From the NCBI RefSeq assembly GCF_006345805.1, contig NC_043013.1:47430001-47494000 (forward strand): 64,000 bases of DNA. Reading direction: 5' to 3'. Each line of letters starts with the position of its first letter. Position 1 is the first letter of the stretch. The notes beneath the pieces were generated by a model, which was not told the origin of the DNA, did not search any database, and saw only the letters and a program-made list of their open reading frames with translations. Made by a program: the position numbers and the translations under genes. Source of the stretch: Octopus sinensis (Eukaryota). This document shows, in pieces, positions 12,476-25,047 of the stretch.

Positions 12476-13956
12476 ATAAAAAAGGTAGAGGATCCGATTA
12501 AGAAGACACTTTTTTCCTTCTCTAAAATGAATAGATATGCTGAAGGAAATGCTTCCAAAAGGAATTAAACGTTTGAGAAAGCGAAAAACAAAGATTTTCG
12601 AAATGTATCTTGTTTTGAAACTGAATCCTTCTCAGTGATAATCAGCGAGAAAAGAAACCTTACAAATTATGCAAAACGAATTGAAGTTTATGTAAGAAAT
12701 ACTTATATATTTAGTTACTAAATAGTTACGATCACGAGAAAAAATATTTAAACAAATTTCTTTAATGACAGATTAAACTGATCTACAGGCTCATGATAGA
12801 TTAAATAATTTCTATAATTATTTTAAAAAGTTATTGTTTTATTACAGGTAAGCAATATTTAAATCTTATACTCAGCTGTTCTCAGTTCGTTAAATCAAAA
12901 CGTCTCTTTTTATTTTTATAAAACTGGATTCCTTTCTCTGTTAGCAGTTACTCTGCAGCTTGATACAGGTTGCAGTAGTTGATGTCTTAAAGAGACTGCT
13001 GCGATAAATAAATTAAACCTCACTGTTAGAAAACGAAGAAAAAATCTGGGTGAGTTACTTTTAGAATAGTTTATTTTAGAAAACGTTTGCATATCTCTGG
13101 GACTAATTTGAGACAAGCAATGTGGTGCTAAATTCGATTAAGATGACAGGGAGGTGTTAAAATGTTATTTGGTTGCGCAGAAGATGCATGTAATTTCCAC
13201 TTGGAAATGAGGATCAAAGCTACAATTTAGTTAGTGATGTCCCAAATAATGTGCTATTTTGTGGGTAATGACATTGCAGGGCAACAGGGGAATAATCTGT
13301 AATGAGAATCAATTAACCTTTCAAAATGGAAATAAATCAGTACATATTCTAATTTTACTGGAAAATCTTTTCAGTTTTCAATTAGGAGGGTTGATAATTA
13401 ACGAAAAAAAAAAAAGAAAGGAAAAAACGTTTTTTGTTTTTACTACCAACGTTTGTTCTTTCTCCTCATTATAGATATTGATAATTTGAGAAGCAATAAT
13501 AAATTAGCATTCGGGTCCAAAAGTATTGTCATTTAATGAAAATGCTTATTTTAAAGGTGGACGTAACTAAGAGGTTGAGAAAAAAATAAATGTATTCGTT
13601 AGAATTCACAGTTCAAGAGTTCTATCTGTCTGGAATTGAGAACGTAATTACTATATAAATATCCACGTTAATTAACAACTGGTCTTTAAACAACATGATA
13701 ATATTCTGTAGGAACTGTTGGAAGATCGTTCTGCAACATATTTTCTGATTCCGTAATGCTCTACCAAAGAGTTTGCGACATTCAAATTAAGTACTTTGCG
13801 CTGGAAAGTTAGGTAAGGTTTTATGACCATCTTTACAAACTGAATGTAATACATACATACATACATACATATATACATACATACATACATACATACATAC
13901 ACGCATGCATACATACATACATACATACATACATACATACATACATACATACATAC

Positions 13957-14830
13957 GTGATGACTGCTCCCTCGTTATCGAGTATGGCCATTGCACGAAG
14001 CTTAATTGTCATTGGTGCTGTGATCGAATGTGACTTTTTAACCCATACATACATACATACATATATACATACATATAAAAATTTGTAAAACTTCCCAGAT
14101 GTTTCTGATTTAAGTACATATGCGCATGTCTAGACATGCATGAAAATGCATACATAAAACAAAACATACAAATCTTCACATGCATATATACACACATACG
14201 TGCAAAAAATACCTTGTTTATGTTGTTGAAATGCCAATGAGAGAGATTTGGGTCTAGATTAGAAACTGATCTGGAAATATATAAATGAATAATGACCTGT
14301 ATACATAGGCACATGCATACATACAAACATACATACATACATACATACATACATAACATACATACATACATACATACATACATACATACATACGTGATGA
14401 CTGCTCCCTCGTTATCGTGTATGGCCATTGCACGAAGCTTAATTGTCATTGGTGCTGTGATCGAATGTGACTTTTTAACCCATACATACATACATACATA
14501 TATACATACATATAAAAATTTGTAAAACTTCCAGATGTTTCTGATTTAAGTACATATGCGCATGTCTAGACATGCATGAAAATGCATACATAAAACAAAA
14601 CATACAAATCTTCACATGCATATATACACACATACGTGCAAAAAATACCTTGTTTATGTTGTTGAAATGCCAATGAGAGAGATTTGGGTCTAGATTAGAA
14701 ACTGATCTGGAAATATATAAATGAATAATGACCTGTATACATAGGCACATGCATACATACAAACATACATACATACATACATACATACATACATACATAC
14801 ATACATACATACATACATACATACATACAC
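13957..14830. repeat. 437-bp near-identical tandem duplication bounded by (TACA)n
   Basis: Unit starts GTGATGACTGCTCCC at 13957 and 14394. In the unique part I saw one substitution and one 1-bp indel. Confidence 0.9.
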
Positions 14831-14969
14831 ACATACATACATACATACATAGAGACAGACAGACAGACATGCATACATACCTTTGGGCATTGCTTGGCCT
14901 TTGTTAAGAAAGAAATGCTAACCCTAAACCTTGGCATGGACAAAGAGAAGATTTTTATATATTTTTATG

Positions 14970-15368
14970 GGGAGTGGCTGTCTGATAAGTAGCTTGCTTA
15001 CCAACCACATGGTTCCGGGTTCAGTCCCACTGCGTGGCATCTTGAGCAGGTGTTTTCTACTATAGCCTCGTGATTGGATTTGGTAGACAGAAGCTAAAAG
15101 AAGCCCGTCGTATATATGTATATATATATATATATGTATGTGTGTGTATATGTTTGTGTGTCTGTATTTGTCCCCCACCATCGCTTGACAACCGATGGTG
15201 GTGTGTTTACTTCCCTGTAACTTAGCGGTTCTGCAAAAGAGACCGATAGAATAAGTGCTAGGTTTATAAAAAAATATGTCCTGGGATCGATTTGCTCGAC
15301 TAAAAAGGCAGAGCACCAGCATGCCCGCAGTCAATTGACTGAAACAAGTAAAAGAGTAAAAAAGTAAC
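14970..15368 (+). mobile_element. SINE family B, near full length
   Basis: GGAGTGGCTG...GGTTCAGTCCCACTGCGTGGCA head, internal (TA)/(TG) tract, tail ...GACTGAAACAAGTAAAAGAG. Confidence 0.85.
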
Positions 15369-15619
15369 ACATCTTTATGTCTTAACCTCCCTCTGGAACG
15401 GGTGGGATTTTCTGGCGAAGAACGCGTTGAGCTAAGGCATATTTCGTAAATGAAATCCAGAAGCAGAACAGTAAAAGCATGAAAGACTTTTCTAAGATTC
15501 AGTACGTAACATTATTTCATGTTTTCCAAACTCTAGCTCCGTTGCTAGAATTTGGAAAACAAATGGTGCTATTTGAAGAATCACACAGACATACATATGG
15601 ACAGATACAGTATAAGATA

Positions 15620-15656
<37 letters not shown>

Positions 15657-16212
15657 GAGAGATGAGACATACATTTACATACTCAGATATATACGTATAT
15701 GTTTATAGATACTTACCTATGAGGCTAACTCTTCGAGTCATTATTATGGACTGCAAAGTGTTTCAGTAACGTACGTCTTGATATTGGCAATCAGAAGCTG
15801 AAAGCCGAACCGTGCATGTATAAACACTTGCGCCATTGATGCCCCGTACAATTCATAATGTCATATTGACCAATAATTTAATATATAAAATATTATGATA
15901 TATCTAAAAGAATCGAGGATTCTGCTCCTTTTTCTTCTATCGACCGCTATTTATTTCACGTACTCTCTGTTTTCCGTCCATCTGTCCATCCGTTTTTATT
16001 TCTCCTCACTCTCTCACTCTCTATTGCTCTCTCCCTGATATCATTCAACTCCCAGAAATTTTAATTTTCAAAACTAGCAGCCTGGAGGTAACGTAACTGA
16101 TAAGATGTTTGGGACTTTGAGTTATCAATCCAGACTTTCGGACCATTTGTTCAAAGCTTAATTAATCACCAATTTCAACATTGGCATCAGTTATTACGAC
16201 CTAACTCCAGAA

Positions 16213-16462
16213 CGGTGATTCTCAACCATTCTTAATCTATGGATCCCTCTGATTATTATTTTATTCTACCGGACTTAAAAGCCATTCGTTGTATACAAAA
16301 AATAAATCTTTCTGTATTTTTATGATTAAATATTATCAAGAAGTATATAACATATAAAGAAAATTAAAATGTTTTGTGTATTATAGAAATATAACCAGTT
16401 TATGGCATAAAAATTCTTACATGGACCCCCAAAGGGTATATGGACCCCGTTCAGAACCACTC
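16213..16462. mobile_element. hAT (Charlie-like) MITE
   Basis: Imperfect TIRs CGGTGATTCTCAACC and GTTCAGAACCACTC, resembling CAGTGGTTCTCAACC. The 8-bp flanks CTCCAGAA and ATCTAAAA both resemble an NTCTAGAN target. Confidence 0.55.
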
Positions 16463-16576
16463 ATCTAAAAGATGCTTAAACCTTTGTTTATCTTAAGAAG
16501 TGGTCAATCAAATTACCTAAGATTATTAATGTAACTAACTTTAATAATAGAACAATTAACACGCACTCACTCATAT

Positions 16577-16583
16577 ATGTCTA

Positions 16584-16651
<68 letters not shown>

Positions 16652-16675
16652 CATCTATCTATCTATCTATCTATC

Positions 16676-16726
<51 letters not shown>

Positions 16727-16748
16727 AATCTATATCTATCTATCTATA

Positions 16749-16815
<67 letters not shown>

Positions 16816-16951
16816 ATCTATCTATATCTATCTATCTATTTATCTATATATATATATATGTATATATATATTGTATGTATACATATATATGTGCATATAC
16901 ATATACATATATTATATATATATATATACATATATATACATATATATATAT

Positions 16952-16995
<44 letters not shown>
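16577..16995. repeat. (TATC)n grading into (TA)n
   Basis: Direct inspection. Confidence 0.95.
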
Positions 16996-16996
<1 letters not shown>

Positions 16997-17171
16997 TTAA
17001 TATTAGGCGATAAATAAAATCTTTCTACATTGATAACATCAAATTGCACGTTTCATATCTGTTTTGTTTCACTGCACAGTGTCTGTGTGTGTGTGTGTCT
17101 CTGAGCGCGTGCGCATGTGACATGTATTTGATTGTGTGAATGCACATACATACATATTATATATAATATAT

Positions 17172-17213
<42 letters not shown>

Positions 17214-18201
17214 ATGTCTGTATGAATATACATAATGCACGTACACGTATAAGATCATATTTCTCTGTGTGTCTTGTGTGCGTCTGTTTATGTTATGACT
17301 CTGTGTGTGCGTGTGTGTGTATGTCCGTCTTTGTATGACTGTGTATGTGTTTGTGTGTGTGTGTGTGTGTGTGAGTGTTGGTTTCGAATAGTTATTTTAT
17401 TAGTATTTTTAGATTCCACCGAATTGTCGAATCTATTGAGAACAATACTTTGAAAAGTTATTATTCAAAGCTGTAGTTTTTAAAATTTTAACGAAAAAAT
17501 ACTAAAATAAAATAAAACAAAATCTAAAAAAAAAAAAAAATACAAATCTATGAAATAGTAGAAAATGATACAAAAAAGTAAAAATCTTCGTCGTTAATCA
17601 TGATTTTTTTTTATTTTTTACAAAGAAAGATTATTTGTATTTTTCTTTCTTCTGTCACCTCTTTCTTAGTTCCTTCTCACAACTGTTTCTTCCTCCCCCT
17701 CCCCCTCCCTCTCTCTTGAACTCTCCACCACACACACATTCTCTCTCTCTCTCTTTCTATCCCTCACTCCCTCTCTCTCTGTGGTGGGTATATGTATGTC
17801 AGTTTCTGAATACATGTGATGTTAATCAGTTATAAAAATATTATTAAGAAAATTCATTGGTGTTTAAATATTTCTTGTTCTGTAAGGAATTCTATGCATT
17901 CGAGAAAAACAACAAAACAAGACCTGTCTCGTGGTTTCAATTGAAGGAATGCACGAGAGATGCACGGATACTATTTAGAGTTGTCGAGCTTATAGAAAAA
18001 TGTTTAACTGTTCTTTGTTTACTTTCGCTCGACAAAAGAAATGTTCAATTTGTTTGATATCTTAACGAATTTTGTGATATTGTAACAGTGTCACGATTTG
18101 GAAGTAAACTACGAACACACGCAATGTTTTCAGCTTCGCTGCTATAAAAAACTTCATTTCAATACATCGTTTTCTGATGCACATTCAGAAATTTTTTTTT
18201 T

Positions 18202-18235
<34 letters not shown>

Positions 18236-18484
18236 GTTCTTTCTTTCGTTCTGATCTCCCCTCCCCAACATTTCTCTTTCTATCTCTTTTTCCTATCTGG
18301 AGTCTATCTTTAGTAAGTATGGTAAGGAATGATGTTGAGTGGGGGGGTGAGGATAAAGATAGAACGGCTGTAGTAAAATAACACTGGTGATAAGGATAAT
18401 GATGATATTATTGAAAAAGGTGGTGGGTAAGGTGCTATTGTTGACACTGATGATAATGTCGATGTATTCCCTTTTTGTAATAAT

Positions 18485-18535
<51 letters not shown>

Positions 18536-19371
18536 TTACGAAAAGAGCAATAATATAAATAATGATATTAATAAATGATGTTGTCATTATTTTGCATTGT
18601 TATAATCAACAATTGATCCAGTGTTTTAAACATTTTTTTTTCCTTAATTCTTTTCGGATTAGTGATAGCAATATAGAATATAGCATATATTTGCTTTTAC
18701 ATGGTTCATGGTCAACTTCCATAAAAGGGAGATGAAGATTGATGCTACTCTTGGCGGAATTAGAACGTAAGAGTGTTAGGCCTTAAGCCAAATAACCTAC
18801 TTTAGATATGAGATTCGTTCGAGAATTTCATGGCTGACAGATTAGAACCATAAATAAAACCCTATGGAAAATAGTGCAGGGGAAGTTGAATTATCCATGC
18901 ATCATATAATGGCGTTATTCATCTGCTTCAAATCAAGTTAAGGAACTGACACACCTTCTACCTTTCGGGGTCTGCTTTCTTCTAGAAAGAACTACAATGC
19001 TAAAGCAACCTTTGTAATGAATAAATATATGACATCACATCCTTAGATTTAACAAACATGTATTTCGTCACACTAAGACTATGTATTGTAACACAGATTT
19101 CGACAGTTCGGAATCTTCAAATCATTTATTTTCGCCTTTTATTGAAGACGAAACTAAATTAATTGCTCATAATTTTCGTTCTGTATTATCATCTACTCCT
19201 TTACTTCCACATTTAATTTCTAGTTTTCATCACTCTTCATGTCTCATCTTGTTACTAAATAGATGTAGTTTTGTAATCTAATAAACTGGACAGGAACCAC
19301 TTAGGGGTGGAAAGGTGTTCTTGGATACTGTTCACCAATATTTCTTTGGTACCAGATACAGACTTCAGAGT

Positions 19372-19590
19372 AATACTGGTTTAAAATTTTGGTACAAGGC
19401 CAGTAAATTCATGCGAGGGGATAAGTCGACTACGTTGACCCCTGTGTTTAACTGATACTTACTTTATCGGTCCCGAAAGGACGAAAGACAAAGTCACCCT
19501 GAGTGTTCTTTGAACTCAGAAGGAATAGACGGTCGAAATACCGCTAAACATTTTGCCCGGCGTGCCAAATATTCTGCCAGCTCATCACCT
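19372..19590 (-). mobile_element. SINE family A (tail A2)
   Basis: Reverse complement of the family A head, core and tail. Confidence 0.7.
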
Positions 19591-19633
19591 TAAGCCTTCA
19601 AAGTAATATTAGTCTCTGCTTTATACTCAATGT

Positions 19634-19870
19634 GGAGGCGCATGGCTTAGTGGTTAGGGTGCCAGCATCATGATTGTGGTTTTGATTCCTGGACCAGGCG
19701 ACGCGTTGTGTTCTTGAGCAAAACACTTCATTTCACGTTGCTCCAGTCCACTCAGCTGGCAAAAATGAGTAACGCTGCGATGGACTGGCGTCCCGTCCAG
19801 CTGGGGAACACATACGCCATAGAAACCAGGAAATCGGGCTCATGAGCCTGGCTAGGCGTTAAAAAGGCAT
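19634..19870 (+). mobile_element. tRNA-headed SINE, family C (V-domain-like body)
   Basis: GGAGGCGCATGGCTTAGTGGTTAGG A-box head. Body GCGATGGACTGGCGTCCCGTCCAG...AGAAACCAGG resembles V-SINE domains from memory; not aligned. Confidence 0.6.
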
Positions 19871-20009
19871 ATTTATTTTCATTTTATACTCAATACCAAA
19901 GTTTCGTATGGGTTACTAGCAAGTATCTTTATTATAGTCTCGGGTCGACCAAAGCCTTGTTACTGGATTTGATAGGCGGAAACTGAAAGAAGCTCATCGT
20001 ACATACACA

Positions 20010-20913
20010 TCGATAAATTCAAATAAAAATGAGAAGCAGCCTGAGCAATGTAAGCAATATCGATGTGTGTTTGTGTGTCAGTATGTCCTCATTTTGCGCC
20101 AAAACGGCTCGACCGATTTTTCTTAAACTTCACACGCACATTGCTTATGTGTCTGGGGAGGTTTTAAGTATAAATTGATTTCGAAACAATGTTCAGGTAA
20201 ACGGTGGGAGGAATAACATTTGGGCGCGGTTGAACGGCGTGCGTAATTATTTTAAGCTTCCAAGGAAAATAACCCATTCCCTCCTTTGTAAATTATTTGG
20301 TAAAAATGAAATTGAATATACTTATTTCTTAGTATCTGAACTTTTTTAGTTATTTTCTCAATTTATCCAGTACAAGACTTAAACAAGTTAATAATATTCT
20401 CCTAAACAATAGATCCACTTATTTCGGTTAGTGACTTATTCACGAATATCCCAACACTAGGGCTGCTGAGGGTAATATTCTATCGGAACGCACAATATCT
20501 TTTTTCACAGTCAATTACTTTAAATTGTCATTATCTCATATCTGATTAGCTTGTTAATACATAATATGTTTCACGATTTTAGTATACATGCCTTTTTAGT
20601 ATTTCCTCCTATATTCTATATACGCTGGGAACATACTAAAGCCCTTTTCGGGGCTACTATATTTGAATTCTTACTAGGGTAAATGTCATGTTATTACATA
20701 ACTGACTTCACAATTTGGGTATTCATAACTTATTGGGAATTCTTAAAAAAAAGACTCTTGTAAGACATTTCGGTATTCTCAATAAATACACAAAAACCGT
20801 TTTAAGGGCTACATACTTTGTAACTTTGTATTGTAACTGGAATAGCGAAACAATTATGAGAATGGAACCAAGGAATAAGCCCGCTTTCCCGGGAATTACC
20901 GGGCAAGTCACCT

Positions 20914-20915
<2 letters not shown>
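20010..20915 (+). mobile_element. Non-autonomous Helitron, apparently complete, nested in a family B SINE
   Basis: A|TC 5' end (20010), internal AAAACGGCTCGACCGATTTT motif, 3' hairpin CCCGG-GAATTA-CCGGG (20888-20903), then CTGG|T (CTRR rule). Confidence 0.6.
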
Positions 20916-20952
<37 letters not shown>

Positions 20953-20954
<2 letters not shown>

Positions 20955-21505
20955 TGGCTGCCCCCTCTTTATCGAGTATGGCCATTGCACGAAGCTTAAT
21001 CAATGTTGTTATCGTGCAATGCCTGTGCAAGAAGATTTTTTTTAAAGTGAGGAAAGGCTGTGCACTGAGTCAACCCCACTCACTAATCAACAGCAGCCAT
21101 AATCCGAAAAGAAGAACAAGTCAACATCATCGGTAACCACTGAGCCACAGATTTTATGACGGAGTTATCCTAGTTTCCTGAGTTATCTTCTCCTAGAAGG
21201 ATGCCCTAACAAAGGCTAGGAGTCCTTCACTCCCAATGGTTTAACCGCGCGATCGGGTATTCAGTTCGATTATTTCTATGTCCCCGCGCATGATACACCC
21301 TTAAGACATTTATTGGATGGCCGTTGACTCTCAAGTGTTCCTCCGCCCTTTGACGGGTTTTGTTTTTCTTCCCGCAGGGTGTCCAACAAACACCCTCCTC
21401 ACCAAGCAAGCTTGGTGGGGTTGCCGGTTTAGTCGCCAACGACCCGACCATGCAACAGGTTGTACTGGGTTACATGTTACCAGTAGCCCTCGAAAGTGAC
21501 CTGAT
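20953..21505 (-). mobile_element. Non-autonomous element, probably an RTE-type 5'UTR joined to a 3' tail
   Basis: No ORF. 3' end AAGCTTCGTGCAATGGCCATACTCGATAA followed by (TA)n; the same 3' end with a (TATG)n tail occurs at 13957-14045 and 14394-14480. The RTE assignment rests on recalled 5'UTR motifs such as GCATCCTTCTAGGAGAAG. Confidence 0.45.
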
Positions 21506-21728
21506 ATATATATATATATATATATACATACATACATACATACATATAGATATATATATATACATATATATATACATATATACATATATATATATAATAT
21601 ATATATGTGTGTATCCACCTATATATGTGGGTATATATATATATATAACAAAGTTGAGTTGTGGGGTATCGCACGAGTGGAATTATATACGAAAGAAGGT
21701 TTGAAAATGCAATTTAAAAGATGTTTAT

Positions 21729-21773
21729 TTACTTTACCGGTTTCACTCTTTGGAAAAAGATTGTCAAAAGTAA
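21729..21773 (-). ncRNA. Degenerate type I hammerhead ribozyme motif (Penelope pLTR type)
   Basis: UUACUU-UUGACAA-UCUUU/UUCC/AAAGA-GU-GAAAC-CG-GUA-AAGUAA. Perfect 6-bp stem I and palindromic stem III (ACCGGU), but the core is mutated from CUGANGA. Confidence 0.55.
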
Positions 21774-21959
21774 CATGTGGAAGTTTGGTTGCGTTAATTA
21801 TTGGTTGTTGCAAATTGCTACATTACATATATATATACAGTCTTTGGAAACAGGGACATGTTAAGGACATAAAAAAGTACAACAATATGTTGAGAAGATA
21901 AAGAGGTTTAACAAGCTCATTGAAAAAATGGGCAGAAAAGATTAAAACAAATATAATTT

Positions 21960-22129
21960 ACATCTTATGGATTTGATAGACAGAAACGGAAAGAAGACCG
22001 TCGTATAATATATACATATATATTATATATATATATATGTAGGTCCCGGGTTGCTTCCGAAGATTTCTCTTGAATGAAACAGTACTAGTCCTGTAGAAGC
22101 TCCTTCTATATAATAAATTAATATATATA

Positions 22130-22174
<45 letters not shown>

Positions 22175-22420
22175 CGTATATATTTATGTGTGTGTGTGTC
22201 TTTGTCTTTGTGCTTATTCCCCCCGCCCACCATCGCTTGACAACTGATGTTGGTGTGCTAACGTCCTCGTAACTTAGCGGTTTGGCATAAGAGACCGATA
22301 GTATAAGTACCAGGTTTACAAAGAAATAAGTCCTGAGGTCGAGATCTGCGACTAAAAAGGCGGTGTGCTCCATCATGGCCGCAGTCAAATGACTGAAACA
22401 AGTAAAAGAATAAAAGAATG
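21960..22420 (+). mobile_element. SINE family B, 5'-truncated, with expanded internal microsatellite
   Basis: GGATTTGATAGACAGAAAC...CGTCGTATA, then (TA)/(TG), then the family B 3' half and tail. Confidence 0.7.
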
Positions 22421-22612
22421 AGAGAATATTTTATCTTCGCCACTGATTTCAGATATTTGGCAACAGCAAGGAATCTGTTGATTCAAAAACTAGATATAAA
22501 TGGAGTATATATTATTATAAATAATATATAATTATGGTTATTATTAAAAAAGGACCTATGTGTATCGCTCTTACCCGTAATTTACAGCCTTCATGTTTGT
22601 TTAAATATTTCA

Positions 22613-22970
22613 GGAGTGGCTTGTTGCTTGCCAACCACATGGTTCTGGGTTTAGTCCTACTGCATGGCACCCTGGGCAACTGTCTTCTACTATAGCCTCG
22701 GGCCGACCAAGGCCTTGCGAGTGGATTTGGTAGACGGAAACTGAAAGAAGCTTGTCGTATATATGTATATATGTATCTGTGGTTATCCCCCACAATCGCT
22801 TGACAACCAACGTTGTTGTGTTTACGTCCTCGTAACATAACGGTTAAGCAAAAGTGATCGATAGAATTAGATCTAGGCTTACAAAGAATATGTTCTGGGG
22901 TAGATTTGTCCGACTAAAGGCTGTGCTCCAGCATGGTTGCAATCAAATGCCTGGAACAAACAAAAGAATA
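22613..22970 (+). mobile_element. SINE family B
   Basis: GGAGTGGCTTG head through GGAACAAACAAAAGAA tail. Confidence 0.8.
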
Positions 22971-24249
22971 TATATACACATTACACTTTATATATCGCAT
23001 TTCACTACTTTCAATATAATATTATATGGAATATGAATGCGTGTATGCCTTTAAAATATTTTACCAATAGAGATTTTTGTAGTTGATGCTACCGATGCTG
23101 CTTCGTCCCAGATAAACCACAGTCGAGGAAACCTATGAATAAAATCTCTGCTATGTTGCTAACGTTAAAATATATCAACTAGTTGCTGAGTTTATTTTGC
23201 ACTCAAGACACTCACAAAGGACGAATTTCTGCAGTTTTTGAGGTATCAACCTTCACTGTTCATCAAATCGAAGTTTTGATAGAAAACAATTCGTCCAGCT
23301 GCCTCGCAGGAGAATCTAACCTAACACCATATGGTTTTGAAGATAATCTCTTAAACACACAACTATGCCTGCACCTTGGTCGCCTAGTAGGTAAGGAACT
23401 GGGATCGATTTCTGCAGCTGGCAGTATATTGTATCTTGGGTGAGGCTCATTATTTTTCGTTGCCCCTGGTTATGCAACTGAAAGTTAGATCAAATTGAAT
23501 TCTAGTGTGGCGCCCTCTACCTCCTATCACACCTCAATGTTCCAATAGACGAAGAAGGGTGACAAGACGAAATGTTTATGTCTGTTCACCATTGTATAGA
23601 TACCGAAAGAATGGTATATGCTAAGGAAGTATATTTGCGTGAATTTAACAGTTATGCGCATACACACACACAGACGTAAACACACACATACAGACACAGA
23701 CACAAAGACACACACACACACACACACAACATATACACATGCACGTACACATACACACACACAAGAACACACAGCGGATCGCTGCACATGCGCACACACA
23801 TTTATGTACATTCACATTTTATAAATATATATGTATTCAAAAACACAAGCTTACAGATATGAACAGGCACAAGTATCGAACGTGATTGAGTGCATGTGTG
23901 TATGTATGTGCGTGCGTGTATGTATACGTTAGTAAGTGTGTGTGTTAGTGCGTGTATGTGTGCGCACGTTTGTGTCTTAACGGTATTCATGTATGTGTGT
24001 AAAGCTGTATATCATCAGCGGCCTCTATCATTAGAAGCTATAATTAAATATAAAGCATATCGAACTTAATTACTGTTGTTCCTGCTTTTAACAATTTAGA
24101 CAGCTCCATCAATTTCAATCCGTATTTTTCTCCAAATATTGTACGTATCTACCTATTTACATTACTCTCAAAATGTATGTAATTCATTCATGTTTTATAT
24201 AAATGTTCATTCCTTTACATACATGTATACAAACACACATGCGCTCAAG

Positions 24250-24305
<56 letters not shown>

Positions 24306-24422
24306 TATAGATACATATATAGATATAGATATATACATATAAATATATAACATTTATATATACATATATATATATATACATATATATACACATTTAAATA
24401 TACATTATATATATTATATATA

Positions 24423-24510
<88 letters not shown>

Positions 24511-24529
24511 TATAATATATATATATATA

Positions 24530-24841
24530 TGGAGGCGCAATGGTTTTGGCAGTAGTAGGTAGCGGACTTGCGGTTGTAGGATCGCGGTTTCGATTCCCAG
24601 ACCGGGCGTTGTGAGTGTTTATTGAGCGTAAACACCTAAAGCTTCACTAGTCTCCGGCAGGGGGTGGTGGCGAAGCCTGCTGTACTCTTTCGCCACAACT
24701 TTTTCTCACTCTTTCTTCTGTTGGCCTGCTCTCTTAGCCAGCGGGTTGGCCTCATTCGAAGGCTAAAACAATGCGAACCGCATTGTGATCAGCGATGTGT
24801 AGCAACATCTGATAGCCTGGTCGGTCACGGTGATCACGGTG

Positions 24842-24842
<1 letters not shown>
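24530..24842 (+). mobile_element. tRNA-headed SINE, family D (tail D1)
   Basis: GGAGGCGCAATGG...GGTTTCGATTCCCAGACCGGGCGTTGTGAGTG head and body shared with 61880-62285; flanked by (TA)n. Confidence 0.7.
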
Positions 24843-24873
<31 letters not shown>

Positions 24874-25047
24874 ATTGTGTGTGGGCGTGGTTTTTCATTT
24901 ATGTTAAATTCAACATATTTATATGTCATATACGGTAGGCTCGAGGTGATATACTGAATGCCGTAGCAAAACAATTCTCGGTATGTTGAAACATAGTGGT
25001 GTGAGAGCAAGGAAACAAAAACCTAGCGTCATTTCTTTGTGACTCTC

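Noticed and set aside
13671-13812. Exon-like signals on both strands
   Set aside because: The plus-strand candidate (TGTAG...AG|GTAAGG) has a stop in every frame. The minus-strand candidate has a good acceptor but no good donor and no recognisable peptide.
18290-18330. Possible microexon after a long pyrimidine tract (GTAAGT and GTAAGG donors)
   Set aside because: The acceptor is ambiguous (GAG or TAG overlapping a donor), the tract is simple-repeat derived, and no host gene is evident.
19634-19710. tRNA-like sequences at SINE heads (also 24530, 14970, 35230)
   Set aside because: A/B-box-like motifs are present, but no complete cloverleaf, and each continues into a SINE body.
23080-23250. 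Short coding-like reads (TLTKDEFLQFLR, DATDAASSQINHSRGNL*, minus-strand FIWDEAAS)
   Set aside because: Too short, mutually incompatible and with weak splice sites; consistent with chance.
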